From positions 1-51,104 of the forward strand of contig SVTZ01000001.1 in the NCBI GenBank assembly GCA_015063525.1: a stretch of DNA of 51,104 nt, read 5' to 3'. Position 1 is the stretch's first letter; each line of letters begins with the position of its first letter. This document shows, piece by piece, positions 8,829-17,271 of the stretch. This stretch comes from Oscillospiraceae bacterium (GTDB lineage Bacteria > Bacillota > Clostridia > Oscillospirales > CAG-272). A program made the position numbers and the translations under genes. The notes beneath the pieces are model-generated. The model saw nothing but the letters and a program-made list of their open reading frames with translations. It had not been told where the DNA came from and did not search any database.

Positions 8829-8914
8829 AATTTTGATGAAGTGCGAGGATTTTGAGGCGACAGGCGTAGTTACCTACGTCAAGCCTCAAAACTCCAAAGC
8901 AATTCGCAAAATTA
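8829..8914. repeat. Structured intergenic repeat, copy 2 (abuts/overlaps the rnfB stop codon)
   Basis: Conserved ends and central hairpin match copy 1. The middle stem is replaced by TTTTGAGGC/GCCTCAAAA. Confidence 0.75.
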
Positions 8915-9733
8915 TTCAAAATGTGCGCCGCAGATAAAGTTGCCGAGGTGAATACATTTAACAGGACAAACCTCGTGACACTTTCCGCATCCGGTGCACT
9001 TGCTGTAATCTATGGTAGCAAGGTTGTTTTCAACTTTTATTGCGCCTTCGGGACAATTCTTTTCACACTTCATACAGCCGATACAGCCGTTGGAGCATAC
9101 CTTACGAACCTGAGCGCCCTTATCGTGGCTTGAACACTTAACAACGACTCTCGAGGTGTCGTTAATAAGGTGAATTATATGATTGGGACAGGTTTTTGCA
9201 CAAAGGCCGCAGCCGATACACTTTCTGGGATCGATCTCGGCAATTCCCTTCTCAGTGTTAATGCAGATCGCGTCTCTGGGGCAAACCTTAAGGCAGTCTC
9301 CGTATCCAAGGCAGGCGAATGTACAGTCGCGGTCACCGGAGTAGCTCATATTTGCAGCCACGCAGGTCTTGATACCGTCGTAAACATACTTTCTCTCAGA
9401 GGGAAGGCAGGAGCCGTTGCAGGCAACGTAAGCAACCTGTTCAACAACGTCGCCGGCCGCAAGACCCATTATCTCACCGATCTCTGCGGCAACGCCATCA
9501 CCACCGGGAACACAAAGGCTGGGGTTGTCGGTCTTTCCTTCGGAAAGGGCCTTAGCATAGCCGTCACAGCCGGAGAATCCGCAGGCACCGCAGTTGGCAC
9601 CGGGAAGACAGTCACGGACAGCAATAGCGCGCGCGTCCTCTTTAACAGCAAAGAAGATAGACGAAAGAGTGAGAAGCACCGCGCAAACGATTGCGATCAC
9701 AAGAAGGACCGCTATAGCAATAATTATAGGCAT
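8912..9733 (-). CDS. rnfB: Rnf complex subunit B (polyferredoxin type)
   Basis: N-terminal TM, a CLPGANCGACGFSGC Fe-S domain, and several CxxCxxCxxxCP 4Fe-4S motifs. It is the last gene of the rnfCDGEAB order. Confidence 0.92.
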   Translation of the reverse strand: MPIIIAIAVLLVIAIVCAVLLTLSSIFFAVKEDARAIAVRDCLPGANCGACGFSGCDGYAKALSEGKTDNPSLCVPGGDGVAAEIGEIMGLAAGDVVEQVAYVACNGSCLPSERKYVYDGIKTCVAANMSYSGDRDCTFACLGYGDCLKVCPRDAICINTEKGIAEIDPRKCIGCGLCAKTCPNHIIHLINDTSRVVVKCSSHDKGAQVRKVCSNGCIGCMKCEKNCPEGAIKVENNLATIDYSKCTGCGKCHEVCPVKCIHLGNFICGAHFE

Positions 9734-9750
9734 TTTTCTACCTCCTTAAG

Positions 9751-10350
9751 CTATATTCCGAGCATATTCTCGATAACGCCGGCAAAACCGAAGAATGCAA
9801 GCGAAACGATAGATGCCGCAATAAGGGTAACAGGCAGTCCCTGAATTGCCTTAGGAGAGGGACAGTTCTCGATTCTCGAGCGAACACCTGCAAAGAGAAC
9901 CATAGCAAGGAGGAAGCCAAGTCCAACGCCGAGAGAGGAGAACATAGACTCTACGAAATTGAAGCCGTCGGTGATGTTGTTGATAGCAACACCGAGCACC
10001 GCACAGTTGGTGGTGATAAGAGGGAGATATACACCAAGCGACTGATGAAGCGCGGGAATAAACTTTTTCAGAACGATTTCAACAAACTGAACGAGAGCCG
10101 CAATAACGAGAATGAAAACGATGGTCTGTAAATAACCAAGTCCCATAGCATCGAGAACATAAGTCTGAATTGGCCAGGTAACCGCGGTAGCACAAAGCAT
10201 AACGAATGTTACGGCAATACCCATACCGCTCGCCTGGTCGAACTTCTTGGAAACGCCGAGGAAGGGACAGATTCCGAGGAACTTCTGAAGAACGTAGTTA
10301 TTTACGAAAATTCCTGTCAGAAGGATGTAAATCAATGTTTTTATTTCCAT
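9751..10350 (-). CDS. rnfA: Rnf complex subunit A
   Basis: About 199 aa polytopic protein. N-terminus ..NNYVLQKFLGICPFLGVSKK is typical of RnfA/NqrE. Confidence 0.92.
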   Translation of the reverse strand: MEIKTLIYILLTGIFVNNYVLQKFLGICPFLGVSKKFDQASGMGIAVTFVMLCATAVTWPIQTYVLDAMGLGYLQTIVFILVIAALVQFVEIVLKKFIPALHQSLGVYLPLITTNCAVLGVAINNITDGFNFVESMFSSLGVGLGFLLAMVLFAGVRSRIENCPSPKAIQGLPVTLIAASIVSLAFFGFAGVIENMLGI

Positions 10351-10351
10351 A

Positions 10352-11116
10352 TTACTTATCCTCCCTTTCTTTCTGTTCGTTACTTACCAGAGTGCTTTCC
10401 TCTGCTGCAGAAACAAGCTCTGCATTCTCAGCACAGGAAACCTTACCGCAAAGACTTGCGGAGGGACAGCCCTCGCAGGAGAAGTTTTTTCTCTTTTCAG
10501 CGCCCTTCTTAGGTCCGATAGCGTTAACAACGGCAATAAGAATACCGTAAACAAGGAAACCGCCGGGAGCCTGAACGAGAAGAGGAATATTGTAGTTACA
10601 AAGAACGGGAATCTCAATTTCTCCCATATTAAGAGCCGCAAGGCTGATCATACCTGTACCGAAAACTTCTCTAATAGCAGCCATTGCAAGAAGAGCAAGA
10701 AGGAATCCAATGCCCATACCGAGACCGTCAAGAGCAGAGTCAACAACCGTATTTTTTCTTGCATACATCTCTGCTCTGCCGAGAATAATACAGTTAACAA
10801 CTATAAGCGCAAGATATACGCCGAGCATCTCATATACAGACGGCAGGAAAGCCTGGAGAAGCATCTGCACCGCGGTAACGAATGCAGCGATAACTACGAT
10901 GTAACAAGGAATACGAACTGTATCGGGAATAATTTTTCTCAGTAGTGAGATAACAATATTAGAGCAAATAAGAACGATAGTTGCCGCAAGTCCCATGGAG
11001 ATAGCGGAAACAATGCTTGTGGAAACCGCAAGGGTGGGACAGGTACCGAGCACGAGGACTAAAACGGGGTTCTCGGCGATCAAGCCCTTAAGCATTATAC
11101 CAAGCTTCTTTTTCAT
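10352..11116 (-). CDS. rnfE: Rnf complex subunit E with Cys-rich C-terminal extension
   Basis: NPVLVLVLGTCPTLAVS and ..SNIVISLLRK.IP motifs of RnfE/NqrD, plus an extra ~55-aa tail containing CEGCPSASLCGKVSC. Confidence 0.9.
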   Translation of the reverse strand: MKKKLGIMLKGLIAENPVLVLVLGTCPTLAVSTSIVSAISMGLAATIVLICSNIVISLLRKIIPDTVRIPCYIVVIAAFVTAVQMLLQAFLPSVYEMLGVYLALIVVNCIILGRAEMYARKNTVVDSALDGLGMGIGFLLALLAMAAIREVFGTGMISLAALNMGEIEIPVLCNYNIPLLVQAPGGFLVYGILIAVVNAIGPKKGAEKRKNFSCEGCPSASLCGKVSCAENAELVSAAEESTLVSNEQKEREDK

Positions 11117-12183
11117 CCGTTTTTCCTCCTTTTCAGATTAATATAAACTACCGATCCAACGGTAGCAACAATAGCAACCGCGATGATCGCGATACCAATA
11201 ACGGTGTAAGTCTTAGTGGGATAAAGAATGTTCATAGCCGCACTGAGAGCATCGGTAAAGTTGTTGGACGTGTTAGTTGCGTGAGTAACAAGATCAACTC
11301 TCGTAAGAGATGAGGAATTCTTACCTATAAAGCTGTTAAGGAAATCCTCGTCGCACTCGGGTGCGGACTCAAGAAGCTCCTGATCGTAGCCTACGATCCA
11401 CTCAAGCATCTTCACACCGGTGATCTCGCCCGCCTTGTTTACGGTGACGACACCCTCGGTCTCAAGAGGTCTCCATTCGGTTCTGGTAGCGATGTGGATA
11501 GCATATCCACCATTAGAATTCTTGTATACACCTTTAATCGTGGTGGGCATACCCTCAACGGAGGCCTTCTCGTAGTTGCCTGGCATAAGCTCCTTAGCAA
11601 CAGTGATAACCTCTGCTTCGGTAGTTTCGGTAATGCCGCCGTTATCAAACTCGCTCTCAACCTTTGCGGAAGCGTATCCGAGAGCAACGAATGCGTCGTA
11701 AACCGCAGACTTGATATAACCGGAGGTCTTTGTTGCACCGGTAACATTGTCAACAGATTCAACTCCGCTTGCATCTGCTCCGTTAGAAATCGCGTTAATT
11801 AGAGATGAGATATTCTTACCGTGGGTCTCCTGCTGGCTGGTTATGATCATCTTTGTGATCTTCTGATCAGCACCTATACCTACCGTGATTTTTATTACGC
11901 TTGCGTAGCCCTGCTTTGCAAGAGTAACTACATGGCCGCCGCTTACACTGTCAGCATAAATAGCTGTAACGGTCGATGGCGTATCCTCGGTAAGCTCAAC
12001 CTCAGTAAATTCACCGCCGGGCATTACTTCGGAGAGCGATTCTGCGATAGCCTTCTTCTCGGCCTCAAGGATAATTTCCTCTGTTATCATATTAATTCCG
12101 CCCATAAGAACAGCTACAACAAGACAGATAACACCGAGAACAAGAACAGGCATAATGTTTTGTTTTTTAATCATATTTTTCAT
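11113..12183 (-). CDS. rnfG: Rnf complex subunit G, double-length (two FMN_bind-like modules plus C-terminal TM)
   Basis: N-terminal TM, first module ending in DNVTGAT (flavinylation motif), second module ending in DLVTHAT, and a C-terminal TM. It sits between rnfD and rnfE. Confidence 0.88.
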   Translation of the reverse strand: MKNMIKKQNIMPVLVLGVICLVVAVLMGGINMITEEIILEAEKKAIAESLSEVMPGGEFTEVELTEDTPSTVTAIYADSVSGGHVVTLAKQGYASVIKITVGIGADQKITKMIITSQQETHGKNISSLINAISNGADASGVESVDNVTGATKTSGYIKSAVYDAFVALGYASAKVESEFDNGGITETTEAEVITVAKELMPGNYEKASVEGMPTTIKGVYKNSNGGYAIHIATRTEWRPLETEGVVTVNKAGEITGVKMLEWIVGYDQELLESAPECDEDFLNSFIGKNSSSLTRVDLVTHATNTSNNFTDALSAAMNILYPTKTYTVIGIAIIAVAIVATVGSVVYINLKRRKNG

Positions 12184-13115
12184 GCCTTTTTACCTCCCAA
12201 AGCCTTAGGAGCAGTCCATTTCTCTATGTAGGGAGAAAGGATGTTCATAAGTAGAATGGAGAAGGACACGCCTTCGGGATAAGAGCCGTAGAATCTGATA
12301 AGAGTGGTTATAACACCGCAGCCTACAGCGAAGATCATCTTGCCCGAGCGTGTAATGGGAGTGGTAACATAGTCGGTAGCCATAAATACAGCACCGAATA
12401 CAAGACCGCCTGCAAGCACGTGATAAAGAGCAAGAGTGGGATCGTTTGTAATAACAAGAGCGAGAACGAATACGGTAGCAACGAAAACAAGGGGAGTCTC
12501 GAAGTGGATAACCTTACGGGCAACAAGATAAACGAAGCCAAGAAGGATAGCCGCAATACATGTCTCACCGATAGCACCGCCCTTCACACCGAGGAACATA
12601 TCCATAAGAGAAGGAAGTCCTACGATATCCGTACCCTTCATAATCTCAAGGGGAGTTGCAGAGGTGACAAGGTCAACAGACGCGGGATTTGCGCCTCCGC
12701 CGATAGTACCCGTGAAGCAGATAAGCAGGAAGATACGTCCTGCAATAGCGGGGTTAGCGAAGTTACAGCCAAGACCGCCAAAGAGGCACTTAACAACGAT
12801 TATAGCGAACACTGATCCGATAATGCACTGCCATACGGGAGCGTCTGCACGGAGATTAAGAGCAAGTATAAGACCGGTGACTATTGCAGACAAATCAAAA
12901 ATTGTCTGTTCCTTTTTAACAATAATATTGAAAAGAAATTCAGAAACAACCGATGCAAGCACGCAGGTTGCAATTACGAGAAGCGCGCGGAGTCCGAAAA
13001 TTACCGTACCTGCTACTGCAGAGGGAAGCAGAGCAATGATAACGTCCAGCATTACGCGAGGCGTCTCATTTTTGGTACGAATGTGGGGCGAGGAGGAAAC
13101 TATAAGCTTATTCAT
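12180..13115 (-). CDS. rnfD: Rnf complex subunit D
   Basis: SSPHIR N-terminal motif, a polytopic protein, and a TSATP FMN-attachment region. Confidence 0.93.
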   Translation of the reverse strand: MNKLIVSSSPHIRTKNETPRVMLDVIIALLPSAVAGTVIFGLRALLVIATCVLASVVSEFLFNIIVKKEQTIFDLSAIVTGLILALNLRADAPVWQCIIGSVFAIIVVKCLFGGLGCNFANPAIAGRIFLLICFTGTIGGGANPASVDLVTSATPLEIMKGTDIVGLPSLMDMFLGVKGGAIGETCIAAILLGFVYLVARKVIHFETPLVFVATVFVLALVITNDPTLALYHVLAGGLVFGAVFMATDYVTTPITRSGKMIFAVGCGVITTLIRFYGSYPEGVSFSILLMNILSPYIEKWTAPKALGGKKA

Positions 13116-13130
13116 TTTTCCTATACCTCC

Positions 13131-14447
13131 TTAGTTTTTCTTAGCTGCCTGGTAAGCACGCAGGTCAGCCTTTGCAAGTCTGTTAGTCTCTACGAGAGGA
13201 CGGCGTGAAGGACATACGAATGAGCAGCAGCCGCATTCCATACAAAGATTCAACTTTGCATCGGTGAGTCTTGCCGCGCGGTCATCCTTATCCTCAACCT
13301 TCATAGCCTTCGCATAAATTGTAGGATTAAGTCCGAGAGGACAAGCAGCCACGCATCTTCCGCAGTGGATACAAGCATACTGCCTTGCGGGCAGAGCGTC
13401 CTTTTTGGTAAACGCAACGATTGCGTTGTTGTTCTTAAGAATGGGATCGTCAAGGTTATAGATAGCAATACCCATCATAGGACCGCCGTAAAGCACCTTT
13501 CCGATATCTTCTGGCATACCTACGAAATTAAGCACGTCGCTTACCTTAGAGCCAATAGGAACTATAACGTTCTTAGGCGATTTGACAGCAGAGCCGTCAA
13601 CAGTAAGACATTTCTCAACGAGAGGCATACCCGTCTCAAGATAGTGAGCGATGAAAGCAACAGAGGTAACGTTCATTACAAGGCATCCAACGTCTGAAGG
13701 AAGTCCGCCCTCAGGAATGACAAGTCCTGTGGTATTATAAACGAGAACCTTCTCCGCGCCCTGAGGATAGGTGCTGGGAAGAACGCTTATACGAACCTTG
13801 GGATCGTCCTTAAAGAGTCCCTGAAGCTTTGCAATAGCTTCAGGCTTATTTTTTTCAATACCGATGAACACCTCGTCGGCAGATATGAATTTTTCAAGGA
13901 TCTTAATGCCCTTGACAACATAATCGGCGTCGTCTATCATCGTACGGGTATCGGCAGTAATATAAGGCTCGCACTCTGCGCCGTTTATTACGATCTTCTT
14001 GATAAGACCCTTCTTTTCAGCCTCAAGCTTTACCGACGTGGGAAAGCCTGCGCCACCGAGACCTACAAGACCGCTTTCGCGTATCGCATTGCAAAGCTCA
14101 TCAATATTGGTAACAACAGGAGGCTTAAGTTCAGGATCGGGGGTCATCTCGCCATCGGACTCGATAAAAACAGCTGGGCAGCTTCTTCCGTTAGAAGAAA
14201 GGAATGCCTCGATTTTCTTTACCGTTCCGGATACAGAGGAATGAATGGGTGCGCTGACGAAGCCGCCTGCGTCCGCAATCTTTGTTCCCACGTAAACCTT
14301 ATCACCCGCCTTGACAACGGGAACTGCGGGCGCGCCGATGTGCTGTGACATAGGAATAAGAACGCTCGCAGGCGCAGGCATTCTTACAGCTTCCATAGCG
14401 GCCGTATGTTTTCTGTGAGGAATTTTGGTTTTTCCTAATTTGAACAT
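13131..14447 (-). CDS. rnfC: Rnf complex subunit C
   Basis: GGAGFPT NADH/FMN site and two ferredoxin motifs, CIHCGRCVAACP and CMECGCCSFVCP. Confidence 0.95.
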   Translation of the reverse strand: MFKLGKTKIPHRKHTAAMEAVRMPAPASVLIPMSQHIGAPAVPVVKAGDKVYVGTKIADAGGFVSAPIHSSVSGTVKKIEAFLSSNGRSCPAVFIESDGEMTPDPELKPPVVTNIDELCNAIRESGLVGLGGAGFPTSVKLEAEKKGLIKKIVINGAECEPYITADTRTMIDDADYVVKGIKILEKFISADEVFIGIEKNKPEAIAKLQGLFKDDPKVRISVLPSTYPQGAEKVLVYNTTGLVIPEGGLPSDVGCLVMNVTSVAFIAHYLETGMPLVEKCLTVDGSAVKSPKNVIVPIGSKVSDVLNFVGMPEDIGKVLYGGPMMGIAIYNLDDPILKNNNAIVAFTKKDALPARQYACIHCGRCVAACPLGLNPTIYAKAMKVEDKDDRAARLTDAKLNLCMECGCCSFVCPSRRPLVETNRLAKADLRAYQAAKKN

Positions 14448-14688
14448 ATGTCTTTCTCCGTTCTGCCGATATGATCGGCTACTTTTACAATAATGCTTCT
14501 GCTATTTTTTAGTAAAAATGCATAAATTTAATTGACAAAAAAATAACAAATTATTTTAAATTGTACATTATTTTTATAATAACACAATAAAAATGAAAAA
14601 TCAAGACTGTAACGACAAAAATTAACCGGAACTTACTTTAAAATATACTAATATACGGCGAATTCGGTAAAAAATGAGTGTATTTAAC

Positions 14689-14713
14689 AAAAAAGGTCCC
14701 ATACTTCGGGACC
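14689..14713 (-). terminator. Rho-independent terminator of the small membrane-protein gene upstream of rnfC
   Basis: On the minus strand: GGTCCC-GAAGTAT-GGGACC followed by TTTTTT. Confidence 0.8.
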
Positions 14714-14745
14714 TTGAATTTATAAATTATAATCACACCGTCTTA

Positions 14746-15081
14746 TCAGAAAACAGAAGAAATCAAACTGCCGAAGATAATTCCCGCTACAGAGAACACT
14801 ATGCCAAAGATACCGACAATTATTCCGGCAAGCGAAAGCTTATCAAAGTAACCAAGGTTAATTCTAGATACTACTGCTGCGGCTACTGCAAGTGAACCGA
14901 AAATAAGACTCACCCAGGAGAAATAAAGAAATGCGATCGACAGCACCGCAAGAATGAGGGATACCACCGACCAGGTACGTCTGTTCTGCTTAGTTTTGAG
15001 AACCGTCTTGTATGCAAATTCCGACTCACCCTCAGTAGCATTTTCACTTACTTTGGATTTCTCGTTAAATTGTTCCTTCAT
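14746..15081 (-). CDS. Small hypothetical membrane protein (DUF4190-like)
   Basis: 111 aa with an acidic/polar N-terminus and two or three Gly/Ile-rich TM helices. Confidence 0.55.
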   Translation of the reverse strand: MKEQFNEKSKVSENATEGESEFAYKTVLKTKQNRRTWSVVSLILAVLSIAFLYFSWVSLIFGSLAVAAAVVSRINLGYFDKLSLAGIIVGIFGIVFSVAGIIFGSLISSVF

Positions 15082-15283
15082 AGCTTTTCTCCTTTTAGTT
15101 TTATCCTATTTTATCACATTTTTTATCAATAATCAATGCTTTATCGAAAAAAGTTAAATTTTGTCTTATTCTTACTATTTTACCTCTATATGAATAAGCA
15201 ACCTCAAAAATCCAAATAATTACATAAAAAGGACTTAAAAAAGTTTATTTTTGTAAAAAATAGTTTACAAAAGAGGTGATTTT

Positions 15284-15736
15284 ATGAATGAAAACGAGAA
15301 AAAAGAACTTATAAAAAGGTATTCTCCCGGGTCAACTATTTTTAAAAATTCCACTCTTGCCTTTCTTTTTGGAGGGCTAATATGCACCCTTGGAGAGCTG
15401 CTTTTTATGCTTTATTTAGAGCTATCGGGAGATGAAAAGACGGCGGCAACCTTAGTGACCGTATCACTTATTTTTATTGCGGCACTGCTTACCGGACTAG
15501 GTCTTTTTGACAAGATCGCAAGGTATGCCGGCGCGGGCACTCTCGTTCCTGTAACAGGTTTTTCCAATGCCGTCGTATCCGAGGCTATGGACTCAAAAAG
15601 TGAGGGTTATATTCTCGGTGTAGGCGCAAAGATCTACACCGTTGCCGGACCGGTCATTCTTTTCGGCCTTGCGTCCGGTGTGATATACGGACTCATCTAT
15701 TATATTTGCGGATTAATTATGGGAATGATGGGCTGA
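15284..15736 (+). CDS. spoVAC: Stage V sporulation protein AC
   Basis: About 150 aa, 4 TM, typical SpoVAC sequence. It is followed by spoVAD and spoVAE. Confidence 0.9.
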   Translation: MNENEKKELIKRYSPGSTIFKNSTLAFLFGGLICTLGELLFMLYLELSGDEKTAATLVTVSLIFIAALLTGLGLFDKIARYAGAGTLVPVTGFSNAVVSEAMDSKSEGYILGVGAKIYTVAGPVILFGLASGVIYGLIYYICGLIMGMMG

Positions 15737-15755
15737 TGCCCATTTTGGAGAAAAG

Positions 15756-16763
15756 ATGAACAGAATTACAAAAATTAACACACCTATACACTTTGCAGGC
15801 TATGCAGCGGTTGGCGGCTACGAGGAGAGACGCGGTCCTCTCGGTGAAAAATTTGATTTCTGCGACGATGAAGATAAATTCGGCCAAAACACCTGGGAAA
15901 TAGCCGAAGCCGAGATGGGAAGAATAGCGCTTAACATAGCTTTATCGAAAACCGATCTTTCTCATTCGGATATTGATCTTTTGGTAGCAGGTGACCTTCA
16001 GAACCAATGCGTTGCCTCGTCAGGAGGCCTTAACAGCTTCGGAATTCCATTTCTCGGCATTTACGGTGCCTGCTCCACCTGTACCGAATCGCTTATGACC
16101 TTAGCTTCATTTATTGACTCATCCGAAAAAATGACCTACGGTGCAGCAGTAACAACCAGCCATAATTCTGCAGCAGAGAGGCAGTTTAGAACTCCCATTG
16201 AATACGGAGGCCAAAGAACACCGACGGCGCAGTGGACCTCTACGGCTGCAGGAGCCTTTATTCTAAAAAGAGGTGAGGGCGACGTTATGCTGACCGAGTA
16301 TATGCCTGGACGTATCGTGGACGGCTCTACCTCCGACGGCGCAAATATGGGCGGTGCTATGGCCTTCGCGGCATTTGATTCTATCTGTGCTTACTTTGCC
16401 GAATCGGGTGAAAATCCATTAGACGTTGATCTTATCGTAACCGGCGACCTTGGCCGAGTCGGATCTAATATACTTTACGAGCTTTTGGCAAAAGAGCTTC
16501 CCGGAGCGGAAAGAAGACATACCGACTGCGGACTTTTGCTTTACGACGACTCAAAACAGGATTCGCACTCCGGTGCATCAGGCTGCGGTACGTCGGCATC
16601 GGTGCTTGCTTGCCGTTTTCTGCCTATGCTGAAGTCGGGCGAGCTTCGCCGCGTACTATTCTTATCCACAGGCGCGCTTATGAGTCCCTCAAGTCTTCTT
16701 CAGGGAGAAAATATATATGGAATCGCCCCATTAATACGGCTTGAATCTGCGAAAGGAAGGTAA
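15756..16763 (+). CDS. spoVAD: Stage V sporulation protein AD
   Basis: 335 aa, thiolase-like fold signature (GDLQNQC, GACST). Middle gene of the spoVA C-D-E trio. Confidence 0.9.
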   Translation: MNRITKINTPIHFAGYAAVGGYEERRGPLGEKFDFCDDEDKFGQNTWEIAEAEMGRIALNIALSKTDLSHSDIDLLVAGDLQNQCVASSGGLNSFGIPFLGIYGACSTCTESLMTLASFIDSSEKMTYGAAVTTSHNSAAERQFRTPIEYGGQRTPTAQWTSTAAGAFILKRGEGDVMLTEYMPGRIVDGSTSDGANMGGAMAFAAFDSICAYFAESGENPLDVDLIVTGDLGRVGSNILYELLAKELPGAERRHTDCGLLLYDDSKQDSHSGASGCGTSASVLACRFLPMLKSGELRRVLFLSTGALMSPSSLLQGENIYGIAPLIRLESAKGR

Positions 16764-16766
16764 GAA

Positions 16767-17138
16767 ATGAACCCCTATGTTCATATGCTCCTGACCTTTG
16801 TATCGGGAGGAATAATATGCGTTTTTGCCCAGCTTCTTATTGACTTTACAAAGCTGACACCGGCAAGAATTTTAGTACTGTACGTCTCGCTTGGCGTGCT
16901 GCTGTACGGCATTGGAGTATTCGAACCAATGAAAGAAATTTTCGGATCGGGAGTAAGTGTTCCCCTTATAGGCTTTGGCGCAAATATTGCAAAGGGCGTT
17001 CAAGAAGCGGTTGATAAGGAAGGACTTCTCGGCGTTCTGACCGGAGGTCTTACCTCTTCCGCAGCAGGTATTACTTCTGCCCTTATCTTCGGTCTCTCGG
17101 CGTCAATTATATTCAAAACAAAGTCAAAAAGAATGTAA
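16767..17138 (+). CDS. spoVAE: Stage V sporulation protein AE (SpoVAEb type)
   Basis: 123-aa membrane protein immediately after spoVAD. Confidence 0.85.
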   Translation: MNPYVHMLLTFVSGGIICVFAQLLIDFTKLTPARILVLYVSLGVLLYGIGVFEPMKEIFGSGVSVPLIGFGANIAKGVQEAVDKEGLLGVLTGGLTSSAAGITSALIFGLSASIIFKTKSKRM

Positions 17139-17192
17139 ACAATTATTAGTGTTCGAATAAGTTTCCGATGTAAATATTTTTTTACACCTCTC

Positions 17193-17221
17193 TTGATTTT
17201 TTTATACTTATATGTTATAAT
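17193..17221 (+). promoter_or_regulatory. Predicted dnaA promoter (extended -10)
   Basis: TTGATT, 17 nt, TATAAT, with TGT immediately upstream of the -10 (TGTTATAAT). Confidence 0.6.
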
Positions 17222-17230
17222 ATAACATAT
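17210..17230. promoter_or_regulatory. Perfect 21-bp palindrome overlapping the dnaA -10 element
   Basis: ATATGTTATA-A-TATAACATAT, checked position by position. Confidence 0.6.
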
Positions 17231-17271
17231 TTAATATATAAAGACGAAAAAAGAGAGAAAGGAAATTCAAA

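Noticed and set aside
8737-8937. 66-aa ORF (GTG start) running through both copies of the structured repeat
   Set aside because: It has no RBS. The 104-bp repeat period is not a multiple of 3, so the two copies are read in different frames. The region is better explained as non-coding structured repeats.
16662-16670. Perfect consensus DnaA box TTATCCACA inside the spoVAD coding sequence, about 600 bp upstream of dnaA
   Set aside because: It is a single isolated site within a coding region. Under uniform base composition a given 9-mer is expected about 0.4 times in 2 x 51104 nt, so chance is a sufficient explanation. It is worth rechecking only if DnaA ChIP data exist.
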